A stretch of 43,405 bases of DNA from Octopus bimaculoides (taxonomy: Eukaryota). Under the pieces are notes generated by a model. The model searched no databases, had not been told where the DNA came from, and was given only the letters and a program-made list of their open reading frames with translations. Below, piece by piece: positions 11,884-22,876 of this stretch (positions are counted from its first letter, which is position 1; each line of letters starts with the position of its first letter). Location of the stretch: assembly GCF_001194135.2 (NCBI RefSeq), contig NC_069005.1, forward strand, positions 10,278,829 through 10,322,233, given 5' to 3'. A program made the translations under genes and the position numbers.

Positions 11884-12099
11884 ATACTCAAAACTTATGC
11901 AATCTTTTCTAAATCCATCACAATGACGGAGACCCTTCCGTATTATCAGACCGTATCTCAGGGCTACAAGTGTTTAGACACTTAGCCTGTATGGCTTAGC
12001 TTGAGCCGGGATAGTGAAGACTGAATTAGTCTTCACGTGCGATTTTAATTGGGAAGTTAAGAAAGACAATTGTGTGCACGTTTCGGTGTTATCCTTGGC

Positions 12100-12485
12100 G
12101 TTGGGGAAAACGGAGAATAAGTCACGTGAAGATATTTCGTAAATATCGGTTTACGACAAACGTGTGCATTAATGAGAGTGCCATTATTAAATCAACTTCG
12201 CTCAATAACTTTGAGATATGGTCTATTTAGGCAGACACTGCAAATAGTTTGTTTCTCACTGAAAAGACTTCGCAAAATACAGTACACTTCTTGGCACAGC
12301 AAGTCTCAAGCAACGCAGTAGAAAATCTTGTAGTGTTAATCAACTACACTAAAATGTGTGATTGGAAATTTTCCGAAACGTCTTCCTACAGCACAACAGC
12401 AAGTTGGTTGAAGGAAAGCAATCGGTCAGGAGACAGGACAAACTCTACAAATATGCCCTTTCGATTTTTAAAGAACTTCATCAAT
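12100..12485 (+). mobile_element. Decayed RTE-clade LINE ORF2 C-terminal remnant
   Basis: Ordered frameshifted peptides AIIKSTSLNNFEIWS, RLRKIQYTSWHSK, KRLP, SKLVEGKQSVRRQDKLYK correspond to RTE LLYGCETW, CLRKILGISW, RLPK, GELxEGKRxxGRxKLRYKD. Confidence 0.6.
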
Positions 12486-13415
12486 AATATAAATTCATAA
12501 GAGTAGAAAAGTTTTATTACATGCTCACAGTAATTGCCTGGGGTCTCCAAATTTCTAAGACCCTCCAATGCTAATGTAACTATGCTGAGGTTCTTTACGT
12601 CGAGGCTCTTGTACGTTGCTTTGCCCTAAGGTCCTATAATCATGTGAAGACGGGTCTCCTGTTAAATTCACGCACACACACCACCACCACCACCACCACC
12701 ACNNNNNNNNNNNNNNNNNNNNNNNNNNNNNNNNNNNNNNNNNNNNNNNNNNNNNNNNNNNNNNNNNNNNNNNNNNNNNNNNNNNNNNNNNNNNNNNNNN
12801 NNNNNNNNNNNNNNNNNNNNNNNNNNNNNNNNNNNNNNNNNNNNNNNNNNNNNNNNNNNNNNNNNNNNNNNNNNNNNNNNNNNNNNNNNNNNNNNNNNNN
12901 NNNNNNNNNNNNNNNNNNNNNNNNNNNNNNNNNNNNNNNNNNNNNNNNNNNNNNNNNNNNNNNNNNNNNNNNNNNNNNNNNNNNNNNNNNNNNNNNNNNN
13001 NNNNNNNNNNNNNNNNNNNNNNNNNNNNNNNNNNNNNNNNNNNNNNNNNNNNNNNNNNNNNNNNNNNNNNNNNNNNNNNNNNNNNNNNNNNNNNNNNNNN
13101 NNNNNNNNNNNNNNNNNNNNNNNNNNNNNNNNNNNNNNNNNNNNNNNNNNNNNNNNNNNNNNNNNNNNNNNNNNNNNNNNNNNNNNNNNNNNNNNNNNNN
13201 NNNNNNNNNNNNNNNNNNNNNNNNNNNNNNNNNNNNNNNNNNNNNNNNNNNNNNNNNNNNNNNNNNNNNNNNNNNNNNNNNNNNNNNNNNNNNNNNNNNN
13301 NNNNNNNNNNNNNNNNNNNNNNNNNNNNNNNNNNNNNNNNNNNNNNNNNNNNNNNNNNNNNNNNTATATAAGTATATATATATTTATATTTGTATGTATG
13401 CATGTATGTATGTAT

Positions 13416-13459
<44 letters not shown>

Positions 13460-13616
13460 TTTTCAGTTATTTCGTAATTTTTATTTCATCATGTAAAGGC
13501 TGAAATTATTTAGAAAAATTAAATATATGTGTATGTATATACATGCATACACATACACAACCACACACACACACAAATATTAATACAGACAGCTAGGAGC
13601 AACGTAATACTATATG

Positions 13617-13710
13617 GAAAAATTTAATCATCTGTAAGTGTGACTAAGGGTGCCGAACATAATAGGTGCTTCGGCATCCTCAGTTAGACTTACTGACGAT
13701 TAAAATTTTC
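13617..13710. ncRNA. Long imperfect hairpin, pri-miRNA-like or decayed palindrome
   Basis: About 38-45 bp stem with few mismatches or GU pairs and a small loop at 13661-13665. Confidence 0.4.
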
Positions 13711-14040
13711 TTTTATGTGTGTGTGTGTCTGTATGTGTGTGTGCGTGTGTGCCTGTGTGTGTGTGTTAGTGCGCGTGTATCCTGACTGGTTACTTTGCTC
13801 ACATATTCTAATTCCGTATTACGTTTTAATTTATCTACTATACGTCTGTTATATTTCTTTACTCTTTCTATATTTTATTCACATATAACGAGGTTTTTTT
13901 CATTCCTTTGATCTTTTCCAGATCATCATATTTTTATAATATCATGATGCATAGATGAATTAAAAACATTGACTATAAATTCTTAAATATGGGCGTGTAT
14001 ACATATATGTTCGTAAAATTGTGTACATATTTGTACGTAT

Positions 14041-14310
14041 TGTTGTTGGCACTCCGTCGCTTACGACATCGAGGGTTCCAGTTGATCTAATCAACGGAAC
14101 AGCCTGCTCGTGAAATTAACGTGCAAGTGGCTGAGCACTCCACAGACACGTGTACCCTTAACGTAGTTCTCAGGGAGATTCAGCATGATACTGAATGTGA
14201 CAAGGCTGACGCTTTGAATTACAGGCACAACAGAAACAGGAAGTAAGAGTGAGAGAAAGTTGCGGTGAAAGAGAACAGCAGGGTTCGTCACCATCCCCTG
14301 CCGGAGCCTC
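14041..14310 (-). mobile_element. SINE with tail 1 but a different body; 5' part in a gap
   Basis: About 180 bp shared with 4225-4405; ends in a caacaaca tail. Confidence 0.85.
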
Positions 14311-15608
14311 NNNNNNNNNNNNNNNNNNNNNNNNNNNNNNNNNNNNNNNNNNNNNNNNNNNNNNNNNNNNNNNNNNNNNNNNNNNNNNNNNNNNNNNNNN
14401 NNNNNNNNNNNNNNNNNNNNNNNNNNNNNNNNNNNNNNNNNNNNNNNNNNNNNNNNNNNNNNNNNNNNNNNNNNNNNNNNNNNNNNNNNNNNNNNNNNNN
14501 NNNNNNNNNNNNNNNNNNNNNNNNNNNNNNNNNNNNNNNNNNNNNNNNNNNNNNNNNNNNNNNNNNNNNNNNNNNNNNNNNNNNNNNNNNNNNNNNNNNN
14601 NNNNNNNNNNNNNNNNNNNNNNNNNNNNNNNNNNNNNNNNNNNNNNNNNNNNNNNNNNNNNNNNNNNNNNNNNNNNNNNNNNNNNNNNNNNNNNNNNNNN
14701 NNNNNNNNNNNNNNNNNNNNNNNNNNNNNNNNNNNNNNNNNNNNNNNNNNNNNNNNNNNNNNNNNNNNNNNNNNNNNNNNNNNNNNNNNNNNNNNNNNNN
14801 NNNNNNNNNNNNNNNNNNNNNNNNNNNNNNNNNNNNNNNNNNNNNNNNNNNNNNNNNNNNNNNNNNNNNNNNNNNNNNNNNNNNNNNNNNNNNNNNNNNN
14901 NNNNNNNNNNNNNNNNNNNNNNNNNNNNNNNNNNNNNNNNNNNNNNNNNNNNNNNNNNNNNNNNNNNNNNNNNNNNNNNNNNNNNNNNNNNNNNNNNNNN
15001 NNNNNNNNNNNNNNNNNNNNNNNNNNNNNNNNNNNNNNNNNNNNNNNNNNNNNNNNNNNNNNNNNNNNNNNNNNNNNNNNNNNNNNNNNNNNNNNNNNNN
15101 NNNNNNNATATATATATATATATACATACATAAATTTTTATGTGTGTGTATATTTATATATTGCATCACATATACGTATACATTGTTCAATTACATTTCC
15201 ATATACATATGTACTGAATCGCTCAAACGCGCACACGCGTGCACATATATGCAAGCATGCACACACACACAAACACGCATACATGTCGCTTGAGTCATTA
15301 ACAGTGTGTATTTCAAGTAGGTTTCAATAAGGAACATTATCACCAAACAAGTAAATAAATGATCAAACAATGGAGAAATGTGTTGTTATATTTTCTGTTA
15401 TGACGACGCCCTTTTCGGTTTATATTTAGGTCACACCTATATAGACACACACACTATTTATATATACATACATATATGTATATGTGTGTGTGTTTGTGTA
15501 TGTGTGCTCGCGCGTGTGTATTTATACATATATATAGATAGATAGATATATACATATATGCATACATAGAGAGAGAGATAAATTGATAGATACATAGATA
15601 TACACCTG

Positions 15609-15655
<47 letters not shown>

Positions 15656-15941
15656 NNNNNNNNNNNNNNNNNNNNNNNNNNNNNNNNNNNNNNNNNNNNN
15701 NNNNNNNNNNNNNNNNNNNNNNNNNNNNNNNNNNNNNNNNNNNNNNNNNNNNNNNNNNNNNNNNNNNNNNNNNNNNNNNNNNNNNNNNNNNNNNNNNNNN
15801 NNNNNNNNNNNNNNNNNNNNNNNNNNNNNNNNNNNNNNNNNNNNNNNNNNNNNNNNNNNNNNNNNNNNNNNNNNNNNNNNNNNNNNNNNNNNNNNNNNNN
15901 NNNNNNNNNNNNNNNNNNNNNNNNNNNNNNNNNNNNNNNNN

Positions 15942-15973
<32 letters not shown>

Positions 15974-16589
15974 AATATATACGCACAAACACACACACAG
16001 AAGTATATGTACGTGAAATTCATATTTCTGCAGATAGATAGGGAGAAATAAGTGGTTAGACATACAGTTATATTGATTGATTGGTGTGTTATTCAATGCG
16101 TTTGGAAGGAGAATATTATGTGAGACAGAGATGGAATGATGAAGCGTAAAGATATGGATAAATACGAGGAAATTGATGTCAGGTAAGAATACATTCGTTT
16201 ATCTATGTAGTCATCCTATTTCCATGTATACGTATGTATGTACGTACCTATGTCTATGTATGTATGTATGTATGTATGTATGTATGTTTGTATGAATGTA
16301 TGTGTGTAGGGGTTCTTCTATTTGTCTTTTTCAATCTTTAGAGGAAATTGTGACCAGTACCTATTTGGTAGCAATGTGATGAAGGAAAGTTTCTTCTTTT
16401 ATCGATCATTCTTTAAATTGTTAGGTTTTGCAGACTTTTACAGTCCCAGCTATCGTGATCATTTGTACCATACGAATTAAGGATTTGCGTTCTTCATCCA
16501 AGATCTCAAGTCCAACCAAGTATGTATGTCTGTGTTCATGTATGTATGTATGTATGTATATATATAGGAGAATTTACGAAATAAACAAC

Positions 16590-16745
16590 AGATCAAGACA
16601 GGTGGTGTAAACAACAAATGGATGTATTAGTATAACGCTCGGGAATAGAGAAAGTCTTTAACGTTTCGAGCCTACGCTCTTCAACAGAAAGGAACACAGA
16701 AAGAAACAAGGAGAGAAACAAAGAGAGAAACAAAGAGAGAAAAAG
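16590..16745 (-). mobile_element. Penelope-type pLTR-like repeat fragment
   Basis: Contains a hammerhead-like motif ending in cgaaacgt, typical of PLE termini. Confidence 0.5.
16656..16691 (-). ncRNA. Minimal hammerhead-like motif with A6U core change
   Basis: cttt CUGUUGA A gagc-guag-gcuc GAAAC GUU aaag: 4-bp stem I, 4-bp stem II, palindromic ACGU stem III. Confidence 0.6.
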
Positions 16746-16884
16746 ATATAGATGTAGTGGTCAGCAATCTATCATATGTATGTATGTATGTACGTATGTA
16801 CGTATGTATATATGTATGTACGTATGTATGTATTGTGTTGCCCGATAAATTTCGTTCGCTTCTGTCCAAGCTTATTTGAATTAA

Positions 16885-17150
16885 CGCGGAAAAGTTTGGA
16901 TCGTCTTATTTAATGTTTGTTTCTTTGCAGCTCTATTATTGCCCAACAATTTCTGTTTAATGTTTTTAAAACTTGGCTTTTCAGATTTATGACGATGGAG
17001 TGCCAAGAAGGTAAATGAAAATGAGCATTTCGATACCTTGCTTCACTTTACTTTGCGTGAATGTTCTAAATCTGCCAAAGGTGATAGAGACAATTGTGCT
17101 GTGTACCAAGAAAACTCTTTTTGTGAAAGGACTGCACTATACTGGTTTTC
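16885..17150 (+). mobile_element. Mariner transposase N-terminal remnant
   Basis: MECQE..ENEHF..LLHF...DNCAVYQENSFCERTALYWFSRF; similar to the element at 22877-24400, including ttttcagat upstream of the ATG. Confidence 0.75.
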
Positions 17151-17386
17151 ACGCTTCAGTTATACATATGAAGTGGATTTTGCAGGCATGATATAAATTC
17201 AATCCTAGATAGCCAGATTTAAAGTAGCAGCACTTTCTCCAGAGTAAAACAATAGATTTTCTGTTGAGAGGAAGGACAACAAAAGAAAGAAAGAGACCTC
17301 GATATTATGCAAATAGAGGAATTTATCTGTAGAATTCCTGTCAATTTTCAATTTTCAAATTTCAAATTTCAATTTTCAATTGGCTG

Positions 17387-17447
17387 GATAACTGAAGAGA
17401 CGTTGGCGTGGGCTCCCACCCTGGCATCCGAAACTCTGAGTTTTATC
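17387..17447 (+). ncRNA. Type-I hammerhead ribozyme candidate, intact core
   Basis: Stem I gataa/ttatc (5 bp perfect); CUGAAGA 17392-17398; 13-position stem II (2 mismatches, 3 GU); GAAA 17430-17433; stem III ACUC-U-GAGU; GUU triplet; predicted cut after 17442. Confidence 0.75.
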
Positions 17448-17559
17448 ATGGCTACTGAATAAGTGTCACATATTTTTACAGATATATATNNNNNNNNNNN
17501 NNNNNNNNNNNNNNNATATATATATATATATATATATAAAACGAGATGGAGAGTGAGAG

Positions 17560-17727
17560 ATACGGCGGGATTCTTTCTCTCCGTTTCCGTCAACCAAATC
17601 TACTAACAGGGCTTTGGTCTGCCCAGGTCTAGTAGAAGACTCCCGCTCAAGGTGTCACGCAGTGGTGCAGAAGCCGAAACCATGTGATTGGAAAGCAAAC
17701 GTCTTACCTAACAGTAACGCACGCCAC
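17560..17727 (-). mobile_element. SINE family A, 5' half
   Basis: ttccgtcaaccaaatc...ggctttggtc...agtagaagac...aaccatgtg. Confidence 0.85.
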
Positions 17728-18207
17728 TTTTTAGATTATAAATTCAGTTTTTTCTTTTAAACATTGCCATCACCTTCTTGTGAGTTTCCGATCAATGCCT
17801 CTCACCTCCATGCACTATCACCGTATGTTAGTGATTACTATTGTTGAATATTATTGATTATCATTATTTATCACTGTTTCACTTGTGTTTACAATCATGA
17901 ATGCGTGTGTATATGCGCAGGCATACGTACCTGTCTGTAACTAGATGTGTAGAAATAGTTTGTATGTGGCTGGGGATGTGGAAATATTTTGCACCTATAA
18001 ATGTACTGGAACGTCTATGCATTGTCTTTGAACAGGTCATCGGTGCAAAGAGATCTATATCTCTATAAATACATGCATACCTGTGTATATCGAAGGCCCC
18101 ATGAGAGCTTACTTGTGTTTTAAAATAAACTTGGATATAGATGTGCGCACCTCTATGTCTGTATGAAGGAAATTACGTAATATTCACATTTGTATTCAAA
18201 TGTATAT

Positions 18208-18328
<121 letters not shown>

Positions 18329-18370
18329 GAGTGTACATTTGTTTTACTTTATTGTATATATTTTTTAATA

Positions 18371-18588
18371 TATTCTTCTCTACTCTAGGCACAAGGCCCG
18401 AAATTTTGGTGGAGGGAGCCAGTCGATTACATCGATCCCAGGACTCAACTGGTACTTAATTTATGTACTCCGAAAGGATGAAAGGCAAAGTCTACCTCGG
18501 CAGAATTTGAACTCAGAACGTAAAGATAGACGAAATACCGCTAAGCACTTCGCCCGGCGTGCTAATGTTTCTGCCAGCTCGCCGCCTT
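18371..18588 (-). mobile_element. SINE family B, full length
   Basis: Reverse complement begins aaggcggcgagctggcagaa (A box) and has gagttcaaattc (B box); multicopy in the window. Confidence 0.95.
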
Positions 18589-18654
18589 ATATTTTTGAAT
18601 ATATTAACAAGTGCGCACCTACATAGAATTCTCTCTCTCTCCGTCTTTACCGTA

Positions 18655-18856
18655 AAGAATTTTAGTCGAACGAATTGACCCCAGTGCATTTGTTTTGAAG
18701 GTTAGTAATTATTTTTGCCGAACCGTTATGCTACTAGGACGCAAACACACCAACACTAGTTGTCAAGTGTTGATGGGGGGAGGGTAAGCACAGATTCATA
18801 CACACACACACACACAAACACACACATATATATCACTCACAAGGCTTTGGTCGGCG
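18655..18856 (-). mobile_element. SINE family A, decayed fragment
   Basis: gccgaaccg...aaacacacc...gttgtcaag...cactcacaaggctttggtcggc. Confidence 0.75.
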
Positions 18857-18999
18857 CATGTGTGTGTGTGTATGTATAGCTATACATATATAGTTATACA
18901 TACACACACGTATATATGGTTATTTTAAAATAGTTATATTATTATATTCATAATGATAATTCCGTCCCCGTCCCAAGAATATCACATAAAAAAAAACAA

Positions 19000-19858
19000 A
19001 TGAAGGAACGAAAATCAGAATGAATCTTGCACACCAAATGTGTGACGTTAATGCCAGAAGAAATCTTCGAACAAACCAACGGAAAATTACATGAAAAACT
19101 GCTGGATTTACGGATAAAAGACATAGAGATGCAAGAAGCGAAGAAAGCTCGATGGCTGCCAAACTACGCACACAGTTACGGAAGTGAATGAAAGAAAATT
19201 AATAATAAAACACAGATTTATGAAGAGAAAAATTTTGTTTACAATGACATGAAAAAAAAAAAACCCGTCCATAACAATTTCCCCATCAGATCGAAAAATA
19301 GTTGAAGGGAGACAACTTCTACACTTTCATTTCAAAAACGAAGCTCCAACAATCAAAAATTTGCTGATGTCAACATTGGGAAAACAAACGAAAAAACAAC
19401 ATCAATAAAAAGACTACACACGAACAAATGAACACAAACAAACTTCTTAAAACCTAACAATCCCCAAAACAGATGAAAATACCCAGATAGATGGTATAAC
19501 AAGCATGCAAATCCCTCCCAAGATAATGGAATGATTGACACATTTTTAAAACGCAACAATCCTAAAAACAGACGAGAATAGATGATATAACAACCGGAAA
19601 CATCTTCCGACATAATGGGATGACTGAGAGACAAGGTGCCAATGTTTCACTCCATTTTTTAAGGAACAAGACGTCCAAAAAAAAAAAAACGAAAGAGAAC
19701 ATTAATGATATAAAAAGTCAAGAAAACACTGAACCAACAAGCCGCAACGGAATCTTATGGAAAGTGAAATAAAAATTCTACAGTATGGTCTAAAATTCAC
19801 ACCAGCTCCTAAATCCAACGCATCGGACCTTATAAAAGACACCGAGAAACTTTGCACG
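19000..19858 (+). mobile_element. Penelope-like element ORF N-terminal remnant
   Basis: 19751-19858 encodes NLMESEIKILQYGLKFTPAPKSNASDLIKDTEKLC, matching the PLE LxxxExxLLxxGLKFxPxP motif; the upstream A-rich extent is approximate. Confidence 0.65.
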
Positions 19859-20407
19859 GTGGAATTTGAAATCAGAACTTAAACACGGACAAGATTCTCT
19901 AAGTATTTTAACCGGCGTCCGAACGATTCTGTCAGCTCGCCGCTTTAATAACAATAATAATCCTTTTTTAGCATAGGTACAAGGCCCGTAATTTCGGAGG
20001 ACGGAGATAGTCGATTACACCGACCCCAGTACACAACTGGTACTTATTCTATTGACTGAGAAAGGATGAAAGGCAAAGTCGACCTCGGTGGAATTTGAAC
20101 ACAGAACGTAGCGACAGACGAAATGCCGCTAAGCATTTTGCCTGGCCTGCTAACGATTCCGCTAGCTCGCCAATACTAATAATACTAATAGTAATCCTTT
20201 CTACTAAAAGCACAGGGTCTGAAATTTTGGGGGAGACGACTAGTCGATTACGTCGACCTTATGTTTCACTGGCACTCAATTTATTGACCCCGAAAGGGCG
20301 AAAATCACAGTCGACCTGGGTGGAATTTGAATGCAGAACGCAAAACGGACAAAATGCCGCTAAGCATTTTGCCCAGCGCTCTAATGATTCTGCCAGCTCA
20401 CCGCCTT
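19857..20407 (-). mobile_element. Three head-to-tail SINE family B copies (19857-19946, 19958-20171, 20192-20407)
   Basis: Each matches 18371-18588; separated by short (AAT)-like tails. Confidence 0.9.
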
Positions 20408-21090
20408 TGCTGCTACTAATATTCACATCATTAGTGTTTAACACTTTGTTCCATATCAACGGTCTGTCAACTGGGATTTCAGTCCATACAAAAATATATG
20501 AATGCACACTCGAAGATTGTTTACGTCTGTTCGTGACTTTTAGCTCGAGCGCAACTGCTAGGAATGTTTGTGTTGATGTGCAGTTTGTAAATATACAAGA
20601 GATAGAATGCGAAAACCATAATCTACCATTGAAGCAAATAAGAACTGACAGAACCTAAATCATAAAGGCTCCGTTTCCATGGATTCCACAACGATGTTGT
20701 CTGTATGAAATAATCTAATACAAGACACGAGTGATGTATGAGGATTACGTTTGAAGACGGGAAAATGACTTATGAAAAGGATTTTCAATTTAGACGTCCC
20801 CAAACGTTTTTTTACCACTACAATCATTGCTTTCGTTGAATTTAACGAACTTACTCAATTGTAGAAATGTCTGTCTTTTTTTATGGAACTAAAAAAAGAA
20901 AAAAATAAGCTAAAATTAAACGTGATGGATTTCCATCATTACCTTTACAGTTCCTGTGCCACAATATGGTCTGAATAATCGTTTGATCTTATGGATATCA
21001 CTCGGATGTTGAAACTTCACTCGGATCAAAGAAGGGGTAATAAACGGTGTTGTCATAGCAAGTAAGTACTGTCTCCAGATGTAGGACGCA

Positions 21091-21357
21091 TAAGGCTGGT
21101 TACCCGGTTTTCATGGCGTATAACCGAGCGAGATCACACTATCTGAATGGGACCCTATTCCGTTGCAAGGCTGCACGTTTACAGCCGAGCTAAATTGCCC
21201 TCAAATCATGAGTCAGCGTTCTGAAAAAGTTTAAAATAATTAACGTGATTTGAAGTGGTTTTGGACAAGAACACAACGCACGACTCGTTCCAAGAATTGA
21301 AACCGTTTTCTTGCGATCGTGAATGCATTACCCAAATGACTAGGCCACGCATCTTCT
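21091..21357 (-). mobile_element. SINE with family C head/core and tail 2
   Basis: aagtggttttggacaagaacacaac...gaattgaaacc...cgatcgtga...ggccacgc; distinct tail ggctggttacccggttttcatgg. Confidence 0.7.
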
Positions 21358-21774
21358 CGATGTGCTTTAGATAATAGTCTTACTTGATTCGGGTTCACGG
21401 TAAATTACATTCATATCTTTTGCTTGTAATTGTTTGCGGTGTTTCTCGTGAAGAACGTTGGTCTATGAAACGGGTGGTGTGACGTGTACGACTGTAGAGA
21501 TATGCATGCATACATACATAGTTGCATACATAATATACACATACATAGTTGCATGCATACATACATACATACATACACATACATACATACATACACACAT
21601 ACATACATAGTTGCATACATACATTTATACATGCATACATACGTACATTCATACATACATATATTGTGTCGTGTGCGTTTGAGTGTGTGTGGGTGTATGT
21701 AAATGTGTGTGTGTGTTATGTAAGCATGTATGAATGTGTGTATGTGTGTATGTATGCAGTCATCTTGTATCTTT

Positions 21775-22025
21775 TTATTTTATTTGTTTCAGTCATTAAC
21801 TGTGGCCATGCTGGGGCATCACCTTGAAGAATTTACGTCGAACGAATCGTCCCATGTACTTTTCTTATTATTGAAGCCTGGTACGTATTCTATCGTACTC
21901 TTATGCCGAACTGCTAGGTTACGGGGAGGTAAACATATCAACACCGTTACCCAAGTGGTGTCGATGTCCTTACGTCTCCGTAATTGGTGTACAAATACAG
22001 ACACAAAGACACATACACATACATA
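21775..22025 (-). mobile_element. SINE family A, 3' half, decayed
   Basis: tgtttcagtcatt...ggccatgctgg...tattctatcg...gccgaactgcta..ttacgggg. Confidence 0.8.
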
Positions 22026-22462
22026 AAGGCATACACACACATATACATATGACACGTGGTGGCCATATTTGGCAAGCTTTGATCATAAGTCAACATAATT
22101 GAAGATTACCTAGATCTACACGAGAACAACAAAAACAACATACATTTTTCGAACGTTTTACCGATATCTGGTTCTGGTCGATATCGCTGCGTATTGATCT
22201 ACCAAACAGATAATGCCTCGTCTGTCATATACATTGGAATTTGATAAACAGAGGACAATGAAGAATCCAGTTTTAAACAAATGAGAGAGATCGATATACT
22301 CGTTCAATCGGCTAGCAAGAACAGAATTTCTAAATCACCCACAAATATCATGATTTACCTTTCTGAGTTTAAAACATGAAAACAATTGAATGTGNNNNNN
22401 NNNNNNNNNNNNNNNNNNNNNNNNNNNNNNNNNNNNNNNNNNNNNNNNNNNNNNNNNNNNNN

Positions 22463-22544
<82 letters not shown>

Positions 22545-22789
22545 CCAAAGATAGACCAACACGCTGGAATGTAACTCCTTCCTGGAAATTCTCTTCTGAT
22601 GAAGTACCCAATTAATCAGCTTCAACATCAAAATTTCAATTTAATTTAATTTAATTTAATTCAAATTCTCTAATTGAACTAATTGGATATGGAAACGGTT
22701 GTAGGGGTAACAATTTCAGATTATATTGATTTGGATACGTTTGAATAAACTGATGTCTATATGTCAATTTCTCCATTTTCTTCTTTTTG

Positions 22790-22840
<51 letters not shown>

Positions 22841-22876
22841 CATACATACATACATACATGCATATATGTATATATA

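Noticed and set aside
16434-16519. Plus-strand exon-like unit with gtatgt donor
   Set aside because: The donor is part of a (TATG)n repeat and the peptide is unrecognised
20095-20658. 187-aa ORF
   Set aside because: The first half is antisense SINE sequence; the rest has no recognisable domain
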